Source: Thermoanaerobaculia bacterium (GTDB taxonomy: Bacteria > Acidobacteriota > Thermoanaerobaculia > Multivoradales > Multivoraceae). Taken from it: a stretch of DNA of 64,000 nt. The stretch is from positions 2,080,001-2,144,000 of the forward strand of contig OY761158.1 of NCBI GenBank assembly GCA_963664405.1, in the 5' to 3' direction. This document shows positions 46,800 through 57,658 of the stretch, piece by piece; within the stretch, counting starts at the first letter, position 1, and each line of letters opens with the position of its first letter. The notes under the pieces are model-generated. The model was not told the DNA's origin. It saw only the letters and a list, made by a program, of their open reading frames with translations, and searched no databases. The position numbers and the translations under genes were made by a program.

Positions 46800-49462
46800 T
46801 GCCCGCACGCGCCAAATCGATCGCCGCTTGGATGGCCGTCGCAATGCTCGTCGGCGGCGGCTGCGCCGATCGCGCCCAGCGCACCGAGCCGACGTCCACG
46901 GATGACTACCTCTCCACGGAGCTACGGCGGGAGGTCGAGAAGCTCAAGCGCGACGTTGCCCAGTCGCCAACGACCGCGGCGACCCTGCCGGAGCGGGTAG
47001 ACGTTCTGTGGCCGTGGGCCAACGCCTACGCGCTGACCGGCGGCCCGATGCCGGTCAACTTCCCGCTCGAGGTGACCGTCGTGCGCTGGGGAGCCGCCGA
47101 CGATCGAGGGCCCGACGACACTATCGTCGAGGACATGGACTTCTTCACCCTCACCCGCCTGTCGTCGGTGATGGACGGCTACGTTCGCGAGTTCACGCTC
47201 AAAGATGAGACCCCCGATGCCCTCGGCGAGCTCCGCCTCGATCCCGGCACCCCTCTCGCGGCCGGGAGCTGGACGACACTGCAGGTGATCTGGACGGTGG
47301 GGTCGGTGCCGATGCAGCCTGGTGGCGCTCTTCTCATGGGGACCCAGTACATGGGCGACCAGGGCCGTGAACAGACCGGCGATCCGGCCGGCGACCACTT
47401 CGTCTCGATCGCGTCGTCGAATCCGGAGGCCCGCTTCGAGCCGACGGAGGTGCCGCTCTCGGGGCTCCACGGCGGCTTCGTAGTCGAAAGACCGACGCCC
47501 GCGTACCGCCTGCTCGGCCCTCAGCTCGAGCCCGGTGACACTGTCACTCTCACCTACGGCGACCGCTCGGGCGGATCTCGTGGGCTGAAGGTACAGAGCT
47601 TCACCACCGATGCTCTGATCCTCCCGGTCTATCTCGATCTCGACGGCCAGGGCCGCTTCGTCACGCCGAGCTGGCCCAGTGTTCCCATCCTCGGCGGCGA
47701 GATCCGGTCGATCTGGCCGCTCGCACCGTCGGTGGTCGACCCCGGCGAGACCTTCAGCCTCGGAATCCGTAGTCAGGACGGTCTCTACAACCGCGCCACC
47801 GGCGCCATCCCCGGCTACAGGGTGCACCTCGATGGCGAGCTGGTCGCCGAGGTCGCCGCCGGGACCGCACCGGTCGTTTCGGTCCCGAACCTCGCGATCG
47901 ACGAGCCGGGGGTCCACCGCCTCGAAGTCGCCTCGGCCGACGGCAAGCTCCGAGCTACGAGTAATCCAATCTGGGTCCGCGACAGCGCTCAGACCCCTCG
48001 CATTCTCTGGGGCGAGACGCACGGCCATAGCGGCTTCGCCGAGGGCCAGGGCACGGCGGAGGGCTACTTTCTCTACGCCAGAGAGGACTCCCGCCTCGAC
48101 TTCGTCACTCTCTCGGAGCACGACTTCTGGATGGACGATTTCGAGTGGAAAAGGCTGCAGGACCTCTCGCGAGAAGCGACAGCGAGTGGGCTGGTAGCGT
48201 TCCTCGGCTACGAGTGGACGGCCATCCGTTCGCGCGGCGGACACCACAACGTTCTCTTCCGCACCCCCGACCACAACCGCGTGCCCCTCCAGGAGGCCGG
48301 GCGGCTATCTGCTCTCTATGAAGGCCTGCGCCGAGAGGTGGACCCCGACGATGTCGTCGTCATTCCACACGCCCATATGGCCGGGGACTGGACCCAGAGC
48401 GATGCCGATCTCGAGCGCCTCACCGAGATCTATTCGATGCACGGCACCTTCGAGTGGTTCGGCAATATGTATCTGCGTAACGGCTGGGAGATCGGCTTCG
48501 TCGCTGCGTCGGACGACCACCGTGCTCAACCGGGGGCGCCCCACGGCCTCTATCGCCTGACCCTGGCCGGTAGCGGGGGACTGGCCGCGGTGCTGGCGCC
48601 GGAGCGCACCCCCGACGCCATCTTCGACGCCATGCGCTCGCGCTCGGTCTACGCGACGTCCGGCCCGAGGATTCTCCTCGATGCCAAGCTCAACGGGCAC
48701 CCGATGGGGACTCGTCAACCCGACGCCACGGAGCGGAAGATCGAGTGCCGAGTTTTCGGAACCTCCCCGATCGATCGTATCGACGTGGTGAAAAACGGCG
48801 AGATCGTCATGACCAGGCGCTACCTCGGGACCGCGCTCGACGGCGACCCTTGGGTGCTGGTCGGCTTCGAGTCGGAGTCCGAGGTCTTCACTCTGGACAC
48901 CACCGACAACCCGCGCCCGTACCGGCGCTGGAAAGGCACGATCGAGGTGGAGGGGGCAGACGTCACTGGCGTCTCGGGGCCGGGGCTCGACAACATCATC
49001 GTCGATGCCTTCGAGGTCGACCCGGAGAGCCCGAACAAGATCCATTTCAACGTCCTGACCCGAGGTCGGCGCGACGCTCTACTGGTCAAGCTGGCTGACG
49101 CCTCGACCACCACCACCTTCAGCATCCACCTCGAAGAGACCACGGAAGAGGGCCTCGGTCGGCCTGAGACCATCCGTCCCGCCCAGGACCTGCCGGGGGA
49201 CGATCTCACTCTGCCCTTCACCGACCTTGTGGGCGGCCGACTCGAGCGCGAGCTAAGGGTCGGTGAGCACACCGATCGCGTCTCCATCGAGATCGTCGAT
49301 CCCGAGGCGGCGCTGGACCGCGACTTCGAATTCACCGACCTCGAGAGCCCACGGCCCGGGGACTACTACTACGTCAGGGTCACCCAGCTCGACAGCGGCC
49401 GGGCCTGGTCGAGTCCGTTCTGGGTTGGCGAGAAGGACACCGAGCCATCAGGAGAACGCTGA
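46796..49462 (+). CDS. Long DUF3604/CehA-McbA-like PHP metallohydrolase lipoprotein
   Basis: VGGGC lipobox-like, WGETHGHS, SEHD, GYEWT, GGHHNV, IPHAH, ASDDH, YATSG, YYYVRVTQ..AWSSPFW. Confidence 0.8.
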   Translation: MMPARAKSIAAWMAVAMLVGGGCADRAQRTEPTSTDDYLSTELRREVEKLKRDVAQSPTTAATLPERVDVLWPWANAYALTGGPMPVNFPLEVTVVRWGAADDRGPDDTIVEDMDFFTLTRLSSVMDGYVREFTLKDETPDALGELRLDPGTPLAAGSWTTLQVIWTVGSVPMQPGGALLMGTQYMGDQGREQTGDPAGDHFVSIASSNPEARFEPTEVPLSGLHGGFVVERPTPAYRLLGPQLEPGDTVTLTYGDRSGGSRGLKVQSFTTDALILPVYLDLDGQGRFVTPSWPSVPILGGEIRSIWPLAPSVVDPGETFSLGIRSQDGLYNRATGAIPGYRVHLDGELVAEVAAGTAPVVSVPNLAIDEPGVHRLEVASADGKLRATSNPIWVRDSAQTPRILWGETHGHSGFAEGQGTAEGYFLYAREDSRLDFVTLSEHDFWMDDFEWKRLQDLSREATASGLVAFLGYEWTAIRSRGGHHNVLFRTPDHNRVPLQEAGRLSALYEGLRREVDPDDVVVIPHAHMAGDWTQSDADLERLTEIYSMHGTFEWFGNMYLRNGWEIGFVAASDDHRAQPGAPHGLYRLTLAGSGGLAAVLAPERTPDAIFDAMRSRSVYATSGPRILLDAKLNGHPMGTRQPDATERKIECRVFGTSPIDRIDVVKNGEIVMTRRYLGTALDGDPWVLVGFESESEVFTLDTTDNPRPYRRWKGTIEVEGADVTGVSGPGLDNIIVDAFEVDPESPNKIHFNVLTRGRRDALLVKLADASTTTTFSIHLEETTEEGLGRPETIRPAQDLPGDDLTLPFTDLVGGRLERELRVGEHTDRVSIEIVDPEAALDRDFEFTDLESPRPGDYYYVRVTQLDSGRAWSSPFWVGEKDTEPSGER

Positions 49463-50691
49463 TGGCGGCTCTCTCCTGTCTGTATCCCGTGCTCACCGTC
49501 GCCCTCGTCTTGGGGGTCGCGCTCCCAGGCTGGGCGGCGGAGCCGGAGCTCACCAACCAGATCCTCTTCCCCGAGGAGCCGCACGCCTGGTACCGCATCC
49601 CCTCGCTGGCCATCTCCAAGAGTGGCGTCGTCCTCGCCTTCGCCGAACGGCGCATCGGCACCGCTCACGACTACGGCCACGACAGCGAGAGCGTGCTGCG
49701 CCGGAGCTTCGACTCCGGCAAGACCTGGGCGCCGATCCAGACCATTATCAGCGAGAAGCATCTCGATCCCGACAGTGGGCCTGTGGTCGTCGACTACCAG
49801 ACGGGCCGCATCTTCCGGTTCTTCAAGTGGGTATCCTCGAGCGTGCGCTCGGCTCAGTGGGACACCGAGCACCCCGAGGAGATGAAGAAGCTCGGCTACG
49901 CATCGTACGAGATCCACAGCGACGATGATGGCGTAAGCTGGTCGCTGCCAAGGAACATCGGCCTCCACCACCCCGAGGCGAAGAGCCGGTTGAGCGTCGG
50001 CAACGGCAGCCACGGGATCCAGCTCGCGGACGGGCGGCTTGTGATCCAGGGCGGCTGGATGGCGGAGCCGAACTGGGTCAGCGCCGGCAAGTACATGCGG
50101 GGCTGCTTCATCGTCAGCGACGACCATGGGGAGACCTGGAGGATCGCGGGCTACTACAAGCCGACCGAGGAGGACCTCCGGACCAAGCCAACGACCGCGC
50201 CCGGAGGCATGCAGGTCGAGTACAACCTCTTGGAGCTCAACGATGGCTCGATCTACGTCAACGCGAGAGCCGCCCGCAATGCCGTCGGCATCGACGCCGA
50301 CCATCCCTGGCGCACCATCCTCTGGAGCAAGGACCGCGGCGAGACCATGGAAGGGTGGCACTATCAGGAAGGGCAGATCAGCGGCACCCACGCCGGGCTC
50401 CAACGCTACGACCACGACCGCATCCTGATGTCGTTCGCCACCAAGTCGGGACGCCGCGAGATGTCGATCACGATGAGCCCCGACGAGGGCAAGAGCTGGC
50501 CGACCACCAAGGTCATCGATCCGGGACCGGGGAGCTACTCGGACATCGCCGTCACCGCGGACAAGGACATTCTGGTCCTCTACGAGGCAGGTCACCAGGA
50601 CCGGACCGTGACCTCAGGGACGCAGCCCGGAGGGTGGGCCGACTGGCTCTCGCTGGCGCGCTTCAACAAGACCTGGCTCGAGACGAAGTAG
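49462..50691 (+). CDS. Sialidase family (BNR/Asp-box) protein
   Basis: YRIP motif, Asp-boxes SFDSGKTW, SDDDGVSW, SDDHGETW and SPDEGKSW, GSYS, LYE. Signal peptide. Confidence 0.88.
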   Translation: MAALSCLYPVLTVALVLGVALPGWAAEPELTNQILFPEEPHAWYRIPSLAISKSGVVLAFAERRIGTAHDYGHDSESVLRRSFDSGKTWAPIQTIISEKHLDPDSGPVVVDYQTGRIFRFFKWVSSSVRSAQWDTEHPEEMKKLGYASYEIHSDDDGVSWSLPRNIGLHHPEAKSRLSVGNGSHGIQLADGRLVIQGGWMAEPNWVSAGKYMRGCFIVSDDHGETWRIAGYYKPTEEDLRTKPTTAPGGMQVEYNLLELNDGSIYVNARAARNAVGIDADHPWRTILWSKDRGETMEGWHYQEGQISGTHAGLQRYDHDRILMSFATKSGRREMSITMSPDEGKSWPTTKVIDPGPGSYSDIAVTADKDILVLYEAGHQDRTVTSGTQPGGWADWLSLARFNKTWLETK

Positions 50692-50700
50692 GCTATCGAG

Positions 50701-52113
50701 ATGGCTTGTCGATCTGAACTAGGAGAGCGCGTTCGTGCCCCAGGGCGGCACACGACGTACTTTCTTCTCGCGCTCGGCCTGTCGTTCGCCGGCGTCGCCA
50801 CTGGCCAGACGGCTTCGGCCTCGCCCAAGCCCAACGTGCTCTTCATCGTCGTCGATGACCTCAACGACTGGGTGGGCTACCTCGGAGGCAACGCGCAATC
50901 CCCGACGCCGAACCTCGATCGGCTGGCCCGTCGAGGAGTCCGCTTCACCCACGCCTACGCCCCCGTCTCGGTCTGCAATCCCTCTCGCGCCGCGGTCCTC
51001 TCCGGCATGCGGGCGTCGACCACCGGCGTCTACGACAACCACACCGACTGGCGCCCGCTCGTCCCCGAGCCCCAGATGATCACCGCCCAGTTCCGCAACG
51101 CCGGCTACTGGGTCGCCGGCGCAGGGAAGGTTCATCACTATCTTCGTGCAAGCGACTGGAACGAGTTCATCAGGAGCAAAGACGGCTTCAGGCGCCGGCC
51201 CGGCGACACGATGCACCGCTCGAGCGTCAACGACGTGCCCGACGACGCGATGGCGGACCACCGCAACGTGACCTGGCTCGTCGAGCAGCTCCAGAAGGAG
51301 CGCGATCAGCCCTTGTTCCTCGCCGCCGGGCTGATGAAGCCTCACCTACCGTGGAACGTGCCGCGCAAGTACTACGACCGCTTCCCGGTCGAGATCATCG
51401 AGCTGCCGCCGTACCTGGAAACCGACCTCGGCGATCTGCCACCGATCGGCGTGAAGCAGGCCCGTGAAGTGGGGCGCGGGCCGATGGCCGAGAGCGACCA
51501 CGAGAAGATCCTCCGGACCGGGCGGTGGAAGGACACCATCCAGGGCTATCTGGCGGCGATCGCGTTCATGGACGGGCAGCTCGGCCGGCTCATCGACGCG
51601 CTCGATCACAGTCCCATGCGCGACAACACCATCGTGGTGCTGTGGAGCGACCACGGCTGGCATCTCGGAGAGAAGCATCACTGGCGCAAGATGACCTTAT
51701 GGGAGGAAGCCACCCGCGTGCCCTTCCTCTGGGTCGTTCCCGGCGTGACCAAGCCGGATACCGTCTGTAACCGAACGGTCGATCTCATGAGCATCTATCC
51801 GACGCTGATGGAGCTCGTCGGTCTGCCGATCCCGGAGCACGTCGATGGCGTCAGCATTCACCAGCTGCTCGCCGACCCGACTTCGGAGTGGAAGCGTCCG
51901 GCGCTCTCCACCTATCTCTTCGAGAACCATGCCATCCGGTCGGACAATTGGCGCTACATCCGCTACTCCGACGGCGGCGAAGAGCTCTACAACGAGGAGA
52001 AAGATCCCAACGAGTGGACCAATCTGGCGGGGAAACCAGAGCTCTCCTCGGTGAAGGCGAAGCTGGCGAATTTCCTCCCAAAGGTCAACGCCCAGCCGGG
52101 GCCCCGGATGTAA
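50701..52113 (+). CDS. Sulfatase (iduronate-2-sulfatase/choline-sulfatase-like)
   Basis: PNVLFIVVDDL, CNPSRAAVLSG, GKVHH, KPHLPW, SDHGWHLGEK. Confidence 0.92.
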   Translation: MACRSELGERVRAPGRHTTYFLLALGLSFAGVATGQTASASPKPNVLFIVVDDLNDWVGYLGGNAQSPTPNLDRLARRGVRFTHAYAPVSVCNPSRAAVLSGMRASTTGVYDNHTDWRPLVPEPQMITAQFRNAGYWVAGAGKVHHYLRASDWNEFIRSKDGFRRRPGDTMHRSSVNDVPDDAMADHRNVTWLVEQLQKERDQPLFLAAGLMKPHLPWNVPRKYYDRFPVEIIELPPYLETDLGDLPPIGVKQAREVGRGPMAESDHEKILRTGRWKDTIQGYLAAIAFMDGQLGRLIDALDHSPMRDNTIVVLWSDHGWHLGEKHHWRKMTLWEEATRVPFLWVVPGVTKPDTVCNRTVDLMSIYPTLMELVGLPIPEHVDGVSIHQLLADPTSEWKRPALSTYLFENHAIRSDNWRYIRYSDGGEELYNEEKDPNEWTNLAGKPELSSVKAKLANFLPKVNAQPGPRM

Positions 52114-52196
52114 GGGGGACCGCCTGGCGGCGAGGACCGAAACCCTGAGCTTTGTCAGATCGATGCGGCCCCTCCCACCTTCCGTCCGCGGGCGGC

Positions 52197-52940
52197 TCAG
52201 GCGTTCGAGAGGGGTCGATCCAGAATGGATCGCCTAGGTGCCACACCCGTCTTCTTGTCTAGGGCGATCATGAAGGACTCGCTTCCGCCCTCCATATCGG
52301 CCTGCACGATGAGCAGGTCCCGCCACAAGATGGGCGAGGTGCCCACGCTCATGCCGAAGCTTCCGATGTCGCCGATGTCGCGTTTCCACAGTGGCCGGCC
52401 TTCGATGTCGAAGGCGTATACCCCTTGTGATCCGAAGTAGGCATAGATCGCATCGGCGTCGAGGACAGGAGTGGGCGATGCGTAGGAGCCGTTCCGATGG
52501 CGATTGTCGTAGACCCTGCTGTCGCTGGCTGTGCGTCTCCAGCGGACCGCTCCGGTCCGAACGTCGACGGCGATCACCTCGAGCCGATGCCGCCGGTCGG
52601 CACCGACGCTCTCGGGATGGAGGAACTCGCCGCCCTTCCGAAAGTGAAAGGGCGCCTTGGCGCCGGGGATCTTCTCGCCTTCAATGGCAGTGGTGACGAA
52701 CACGAGATCGTCCCAGATGACCGGCGAAGAGTGGCCGCGCCCTTCGATCTCGATCTTCCAGAGGACGTTCTCGGTCGCGCTCCAGTGCAAGGGAACGCTC
52801 GACTGTGCGATGCCGCGACCTCCGGGCCCGCGGAACTGCGGCCAGCGGTCTGCTTCCGCGTCGCTCTCGGACGCAGCCGTGAGCGACGTCGCAAGAGAGG
52901 CGACGATCAGCGTGCAACCCCAGCGCCAGCCGGCAATCAC
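52197..52940 (-). pseudogene. PQQ-like beta-propeller, 3'-truncated
   Basis: DRWPQFRGP, GHSSP, YASPTP. Homology to the 7295 paralog ends after ALDKKTG, at about half length. GTGA overlap with the upstream gene. Confidence 0.72.
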
Positions 52941-53914
52941 TCCGAGGATGCGCTCACAAAGTGTCCGGCGTGGAGCTGAAGGCCTTCCAAGCCGGCGTGG
53001 TCGTAGAGCTTGTAGATGTTGTGGGCCACACCCTGCACCAGCTCGAACTCGAAAGCGATCCCGAGCTCCTGGAGCCGGTCGCGCGAGACCTTGGCGCCGG
53101 GGAGCGAACGGAAGTCCTCGGTGCCGATCACGATGCGGATGGGCAGCCGGCCGGCGATACGATCGCGGTTGCGCTCGAGCAGGTACCAAGCGCCGGTCTC
53201 CCGCCAGTGATCGAGGTCCTCGCCCATCAGGATCTTCTTGGTACGAAGCGTCTCCTCGGCGCGCTCGGCGTTGTTGAGATCGGCCGCCATGATCATGGTT
53301 TTGAACTCGCGCACGCCACCGCTGCCGTAGACAACGACCGAGCTGAACAGGTCCGGGTGCATGGCGGCGATCCGCAGCGCCCCGCCGCCGCCCATCGAGA
53401 AGCCCTGAACCGCCCGCCCCTCGCGCCGGCCGATCGTGCGATAAGTGGCGTCGATGTGGGGAATGAGCTCGTCGACGATCATTGTCTCGGGGCGGACTGT
53501 GCCGTCGATCGAGTCGATATACCCGCTGTTGCGCCCACCGTTGGCGAACACCATGAGCATCGGCGGCACATCCTCAGCCTCGATGGCAGCGTGCAGGTAG
53601 GTGGCCAGGCGGATCGTGCGCGACTCGTTGCCGGCACTACCGTGCAGGAAGTACACGACCGGGAAGCGCCAGCCGGGCTCGGCGTCGTAGGCTGGTGGTA
53701 GGTAGACGTTGTAGCCCACCGCCGTATCCATGCACGTCGAGTGAAAGGTACCGTGTCGCACTCCGGCCGGAGCCTTCTCCGGCGGATTGACCCAGCTGAT
53801 TCGCAGCACCTCCGCGGCGGTGGGCGAGTCCCCCGCGAACAGGGCCAGCGGCCAGAGGCAGATCGCCCACACCAAGGCCAGGCAGATGGCAATCCGATTG
53901 ATTCGATGGCTCAC
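52937..53914 (-). CDS. Secreted esterase (alpha/beta hydrolase, Fes/XynZ-like)
   Basis: VYLPPAY, FPVVYFLHG, ELIPHID, GFSMGG, GTED, GVAH. Confidence 0.87.
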   Translation of the reverse strand: MSHRINRIAICLALVWAICLWPLALFAGDSPTAAEVLRISWVNPPEKAPAGVRHGTFHSTCMDTAVGYNVYLPPAYDAEPGWRFPVVYFLHGSAGNESRTIRLATYLHAAIEAEDVPPMLMVFANGGRNSGYIDSIDGTVRPETMIVDELIPHIDATYRTIGRREGRAVQGFSMGGGGALRIAAMHPDLFSSVVVYGSGGVREFKTMIMAADLNNAERAEETLRTKKILMGEDLDHWRETGAWYLLERNRDRIAGRLPIRIVIGTEDFRSLPGAKVSRDRLQELGIAFEFELVQGVAHNIYKLYDHAGLEGLQLHAGHFVSASSE

Positions 53915-53959
53915 GCGGTGCTCAGCGCGGCTCGGTCGCTTGGCACGCAGCCCGTGCCG

Positions 53960-54700
53960 CTATTTCTTTTCCTGCAAGTAGTGCTCGATCGAGCGATCCA
54001 TGGTCTCGCCGTCGAACCAAGGGTGCTTGACCTCGACGGTGCCATCGGGGTTGACCAGGAGACCGACATTCGGCCCTCCACCCAGTTGCTCCCAGGCTTC
54101 ATTGTTCATCTGATCGACCAGGATCGGCACCTGGACATCGAGCAGCTCACGGAACTCTCCCGCCAACTCGATCCGACCCTCGAGATCGGTCGGCTGACGT
54201 CGCGCCAGCCCGACCTTCTCGTTTCCGCCAGGCCTCTCACCGGGGCGCTCGGGGTTCTCGAGCTCCGGCGAGTACTTGGCGTAGGGCGAAGGGTCGATCG
54301 TAGGATGAGCCTCCTGAGTGTAGATCACCGCCACATTGAGCTGGTCTTTGTACTTCTCGGCCAGCTCTTCGACCCAGGGCTGCCGCTCCCGCGAGCGGCC
54401 GCAGGTGAGGGAGGCCCCTACTACCAATGTGGGCTTGTCGTCTTGCCACAGGCTCGACAGGCTCGTCTCCTCCCCGTCCATGGTGAGAACGGGGAGGTCC
54501 GGTACCTGCTTGCCCGGCACCACTCCTCGAGTGTCGAAGTCCTCGACGGTCTTGGCTCGGCGCGCCTCCCGCTGCGCGATCTGCAGCGGAGACAGGTTCT
54601 TGTCTCGGTCGGAGTGCTTGTCAGCCGCCGCTAGAGGCAAAGCAAGACCCACAGCCAAGAGCAGAGGGACGAGGGTTCGGAATCCGATTCGCGATCGCAT
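53960..54700 (-). CDS. Secreted iodothyronine-deiodinase-like thioredoxin-fold protein
   Basis: Signal peptide, KPTLVVGASLTC, IYTQEAHP, PILVDQMNN..GGGPN. Confidence 0.72.
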   Translation of the reverse strand: MRSRIGFRTLVPLLLAVGLALPLAAADKHSDRDKNLSPLQIAQREARRAKTVEDFDTRGVVPGKQVPDLPVLTMDGEETSLSSLWQDDKPTLVVGASLTCGRSRERQPWVEELAEKYKDQLNVAVIYTQEAHPTIDPSPYAKYSPELENPERPGERPGGNEKVGLARRQPTDLEGRIELAGEFRELLDVQVPILVDQMNNEAWEQLGGGPNVGLLVNPDGTVEVKHPWFDGETMDRSIEHYLQEKK

Positions 54701-54746
54701 GCTCTGTCTCCTAACTAGTCGCTCAGCCGAAACTACGAGTCACTCC

Positions 54747-57455
54747 CTAGAAAACGAAACCAATCTGCAGCCTGTACTCGCGCGGGATCTGGTACGCCGC
54801 CACTCCGGGGAAAGGCCGGCCGTTGGCGCGGTTGATGCCGATCAGCTCCTGCTCGTCGGTAACGTTGGCGGCCTCGAGCCCGATCCGGCCCTGCACCGGG
54901 CCGCGGATGGGGAAGTTCCACTGCGCGGTGAGGTTCAGGTTGAAGGTGTCCTCCATCTGCTGGGCGTCTCGTGGCTCGGAGTAGCTGCTGGTCCGAATCC
55001 TCTGCCTCGAGACCGGATGTTGGACAAAGGTGTTTCGGCGCAGCCCCCAATACTCACCGCCGCGGAAGCCGAAGTAGCCGCCGAGGGAGATGTTGTGGGA
55101 GCCGATCGGAATCCGCTTGACGCCGACAATATTGAGATTGTGGTCACGGTGAGAAAAGCCATGGCCATAACGGTTGACGATGGTGGCGTCGGTAGCTCCG
55201 GTGCCGACTTGCGCGCCGCCAAGGGCCTCGAAGAGAGCGTCATCCCAGGTCACTGTGTTGTCGCCGGCGCCGAAATTGTTGCCCTCGCCGTTGGACCAAG
55301 TGTAGTTGACACTCGCCATCCAGTTGTTGCGCATCGATCGTTTGAGTCCGAGACGTACACCTTCATACTTCCGTTCCGCCTTGAAGGGCGAGGTGCCCCA
55401 GGTGCGGACGTCAATGACTTCGAAGCCGTCGTCATCGAACTGTGAGGTCGCCATCCAGAGGTCGTCGAGCTCCCACAGGATACCCGTGGTCTCGAACACC
55501 CAGAGGTCGGAGAACTGCCATGCAAAGCCGAGGGTGATCTCGTCCTTGTAGTTGGGATCGATCTGCTGTACCGAATTGGCATCGGCAGGGGTGATCCGCG
55601 TCTGGAAGATGTCGTAGAGCTGGGTTGCGGGATTCCACCCGAACCTGTCGAAGAGATTTCTCCCGTTGGGAAGCGAGCCGTACAGGCGAGGCGAGAAGTC
55701 GGCGGTGTGACCGTTGTAGTAGCGGCCCAGAGTAGCCCTGATCAGGAAACTGCCATCGGCCTTGGTGTCGTAGCTCATGGCCACACGCGGCGCCACCTCG
55801 GTCCAGTCAACGGTCTGGATCCCGATGTCCTGGAACTGCTCCTGCTGATCGAGACGCAACCCCAGGTTGAATACCCATTTGTCACCCACGCTGAGGCGGT
55901 CCTGGGCGTAGAGCGACAAGATCTCGCCGTTCGTGGTGGTCGCGGCAGCGGGATCGTAGACCTCCAGGAGGTCGGGCTGCGCAAAACCGCCAGCAGCATT
56001 CTCGTCGTAGCCGCGACCGAAGAAGCGGTGACCGATGATGTTCAAGCGCTCATCCTCGAGATCCTGATAGTCGACGCCGAACTTGAGCTCGTTGTTGCCC
56101 CGGTACAAGCTCAAAGCTACGTTCGCCTGGTCGCGGAGACCAGTGATGAAGCCCTCTCCGGCAGCCTGTCCGATGGTGTTGTAACCGATATTCCCCCGAC
56201 GATCCTGATACGAGAGGTTGTTGCCGAGCGGGCTGTGCGGAGAGGCGTTCGGATCGATCACGCGGGCCCTCGCGGCGGATCGATTCACAGTGTTTTCCTG
56301 GGAAGCGATCTTGAGCTCGAGAAAGGCCGAAGAGTTGATGGTAAAGGCCCAACTGGCGGTCATGACCTCACCCGGCAGGTTGCAGGCGCAGAGGGCGAAA
56401 CGATCGCCGGTCCGAGCATTGGCATGAAACTTCTCGATCGGACTGTCGATATAGAGCCCCGTGAAAGCGTTCCGATCGTTGGGCTGAAGGTTGATCTTTA
56501 CGACCGGGATCTCAACCTTGAAGCTTACCTCCTCGACCGAGCCGTCAGCGGTGAAGTCGACTTGATTGGTGTTCTGGTCGGCGTAGGAGACAAAGAACCA
56601 TGCCTTGTCCTGGACGATCGAGCCACCGAGGTTGGCCTCGAAGCTGTCGATGATCTCGTCCTTCCGCGGAATGTCGGTGTACTCGTAAGGTGCCCGCCAA
56701 TCCTGATTCTGCGGGATATACAAGAACTGGCCGTGAAAGGTGTTGGTCCCCGACTTGACCACCGCGTTGGTGACCCCGGCGGACACGCGACCGTACTCGA
56801 CACCGAATCCGGCATCCTGGAGAGAGACTTCTTCCAGCGACGTGGTCGGCAGCATCGTCCGTGGGCTGCCGCCGTGCCGCGCGAAACTGGTGTCGACACC
56901 ATCAATGAAGCCGGCAGTCTCCCCTTGCTCGCCGCCGTTCAGCATGAATCCGAAGTCGCCCTGGAATCGAGATCGGAAGTCGTGCACGACCCCCGGCAGG
57001 GCCTCGATCGAGGCCTGGTAGTTGCGACCTTTGAAGCTCAACTGCTCAGCAACATCGGCCTCCAACGCCGAAACTGCACCGACCTGGTACTTGTCGACCA
57101 AGGCGGACTCGGCCGTAACGATGATGGATTCGGAGGTGGCGCCGAGACTGAGGTCGTAAGTTTGCCTCTGACCGGTAGTCAAACCCACCACTCCCTCTGA
57201 AGACCCCATGCCTTCGAGGGTGGCGGTAATCTTGTAGGACGATGCCTGGAGGAGCGTGAAGCGGTAGGCCCCGTCGGCGTCGGTCCCGGTCGACTGCTCA
57301 CCGCGATCACTGCTGAGCGTAACGGTGACTCCGGGCAGACCATCGCCCTGAGCATCGACCACCCGGCCGTCGATCGTCCCGACCGAAGGTCCGTCAGCTG
57401 CGAGAGGACCTACTAAAAGCGTCAGTATTCCGAGAGCCAAGATCCATCTATGCAT
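54747..57455 (-). CDS. TonB-dependent receptor with carboxypeptidase-regulatory-like N-terminal domain
   Basis: Signal peptide, GTIDGRVVD..LPGVTVTL, EYGR..GVTNAVVKSGTN, APRV, terminal F. CAGGAG RBS. Confidence 0.9.
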   Translation of the reverse strand: MHRWILALGILTLLVGPLAADGPSVGTIDGRVVDAQGDGLPGVTVTLSSDRGEQSTGTDADGAYRFTLLQASSYKITATLEGMGSSEGVVGLTTGQRQTYDLSLGATSESIIVTAESALVDKYQVGAVSALEADVAEQLSFKGRNYQASIEALPGVVHDFRSRFQGDFGFMLNGGEQGETAGFIDGVDTSFARHGGSPRTMLPTTSLEEVSLQDAGFGVEYGRVSAGVTNAVVKSGTNTFHGQFLYIPQNQDWRAPYEYTDIPRKDEIIDSFEANLGGSIVQDKAWFFVSYADQNTNQVDFTADGSVEEVSFKVEIPVVKINLQPNDRNAFTGLYIDSPIEKFHANARTGDRFALCACNLPGEVMTASWAFTINSSAFLELKIASQENTVNRSAARARVIDPNASPHSPLGNNLSYQDRRGNIGYNTIGQAAGEGFITGLRDQANVALSLYRGNNELKFGVDYQDLEDERLNIIGHRFFGRGYDENAAGGFAQPDLLEVYDPAAATTTNGEILSLYAQDRLSVGDKWVFNLGLRLDQQEQFQDIGIQTVDWTEVAPRVAMSYDTKADGSFLIRATLGRYYNGHTADFSPRLYGSLPNGRNLFDRFGWNPATQLYDIFQTRITPADANSVQQIDPNYKDEITLGFAWQFSDLWVFETTGILWELDDLWMATSQFDDDGFEVIDVRTWGTSPFKAERKYEGVRLGLKRSMRNNWMASVNYTWSNGEGNNFGAGDNTVTWDDALFEALGGAQVGTGATDATIVNRYGHGFSHRDHNLNIVGVKRIPIGSHNISLGGYFGFRGGEYWGLRRNTFVQHPVSRQRIRTSSYSEPRDAQQMEDTFNLNLTAQWNFPIRGPVQGRIGLEAANVTDEQELIGINRANGRPFPGVAAYQIPREYRLQIGFVF

Positions 57456-57553
57456 CACGTTCTCCTGGGTTAAATCACAAACAAGGGGCAACCGGATGAA
57501 ATTCGACCTTCTCCGAGCGGTCGCCTTTTGGTGCAAGTTACGCGCAGCCTAGC

Positions 57554-57605
57554 CTAGACAGATCGGTCTAGTCAACAATTCTCAACCGATTGACAACAAG
57601 TCAAT
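57554..57605. promoter_or_regulatory. Candidate TetR operators in the divergent promoter region
   Basis: CTAGAC-AGATCG-GTCTAG (57554-57571) and ATTGAC-AACAA-GTCAAT (57589-57605). Confidence 0.55.
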
Positions 57606-57658
57606 ATTCTGGATCGAGTCCACAAAAATGAACCGCCCGTTTCGCCAGATCGTTTGAC

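Noticed and set aside
54390-54420. Selenocysteine in the deiodinase-like protein
   Set aside because: The active-site codon is TGC, with no in-frame TGA.
57456-57658. Cobalamin or other riboswitch upstream of the TonB receptor
   Set aside because: I saw no recognisable conserved boxes by eye. An Rfam scan was not possible.
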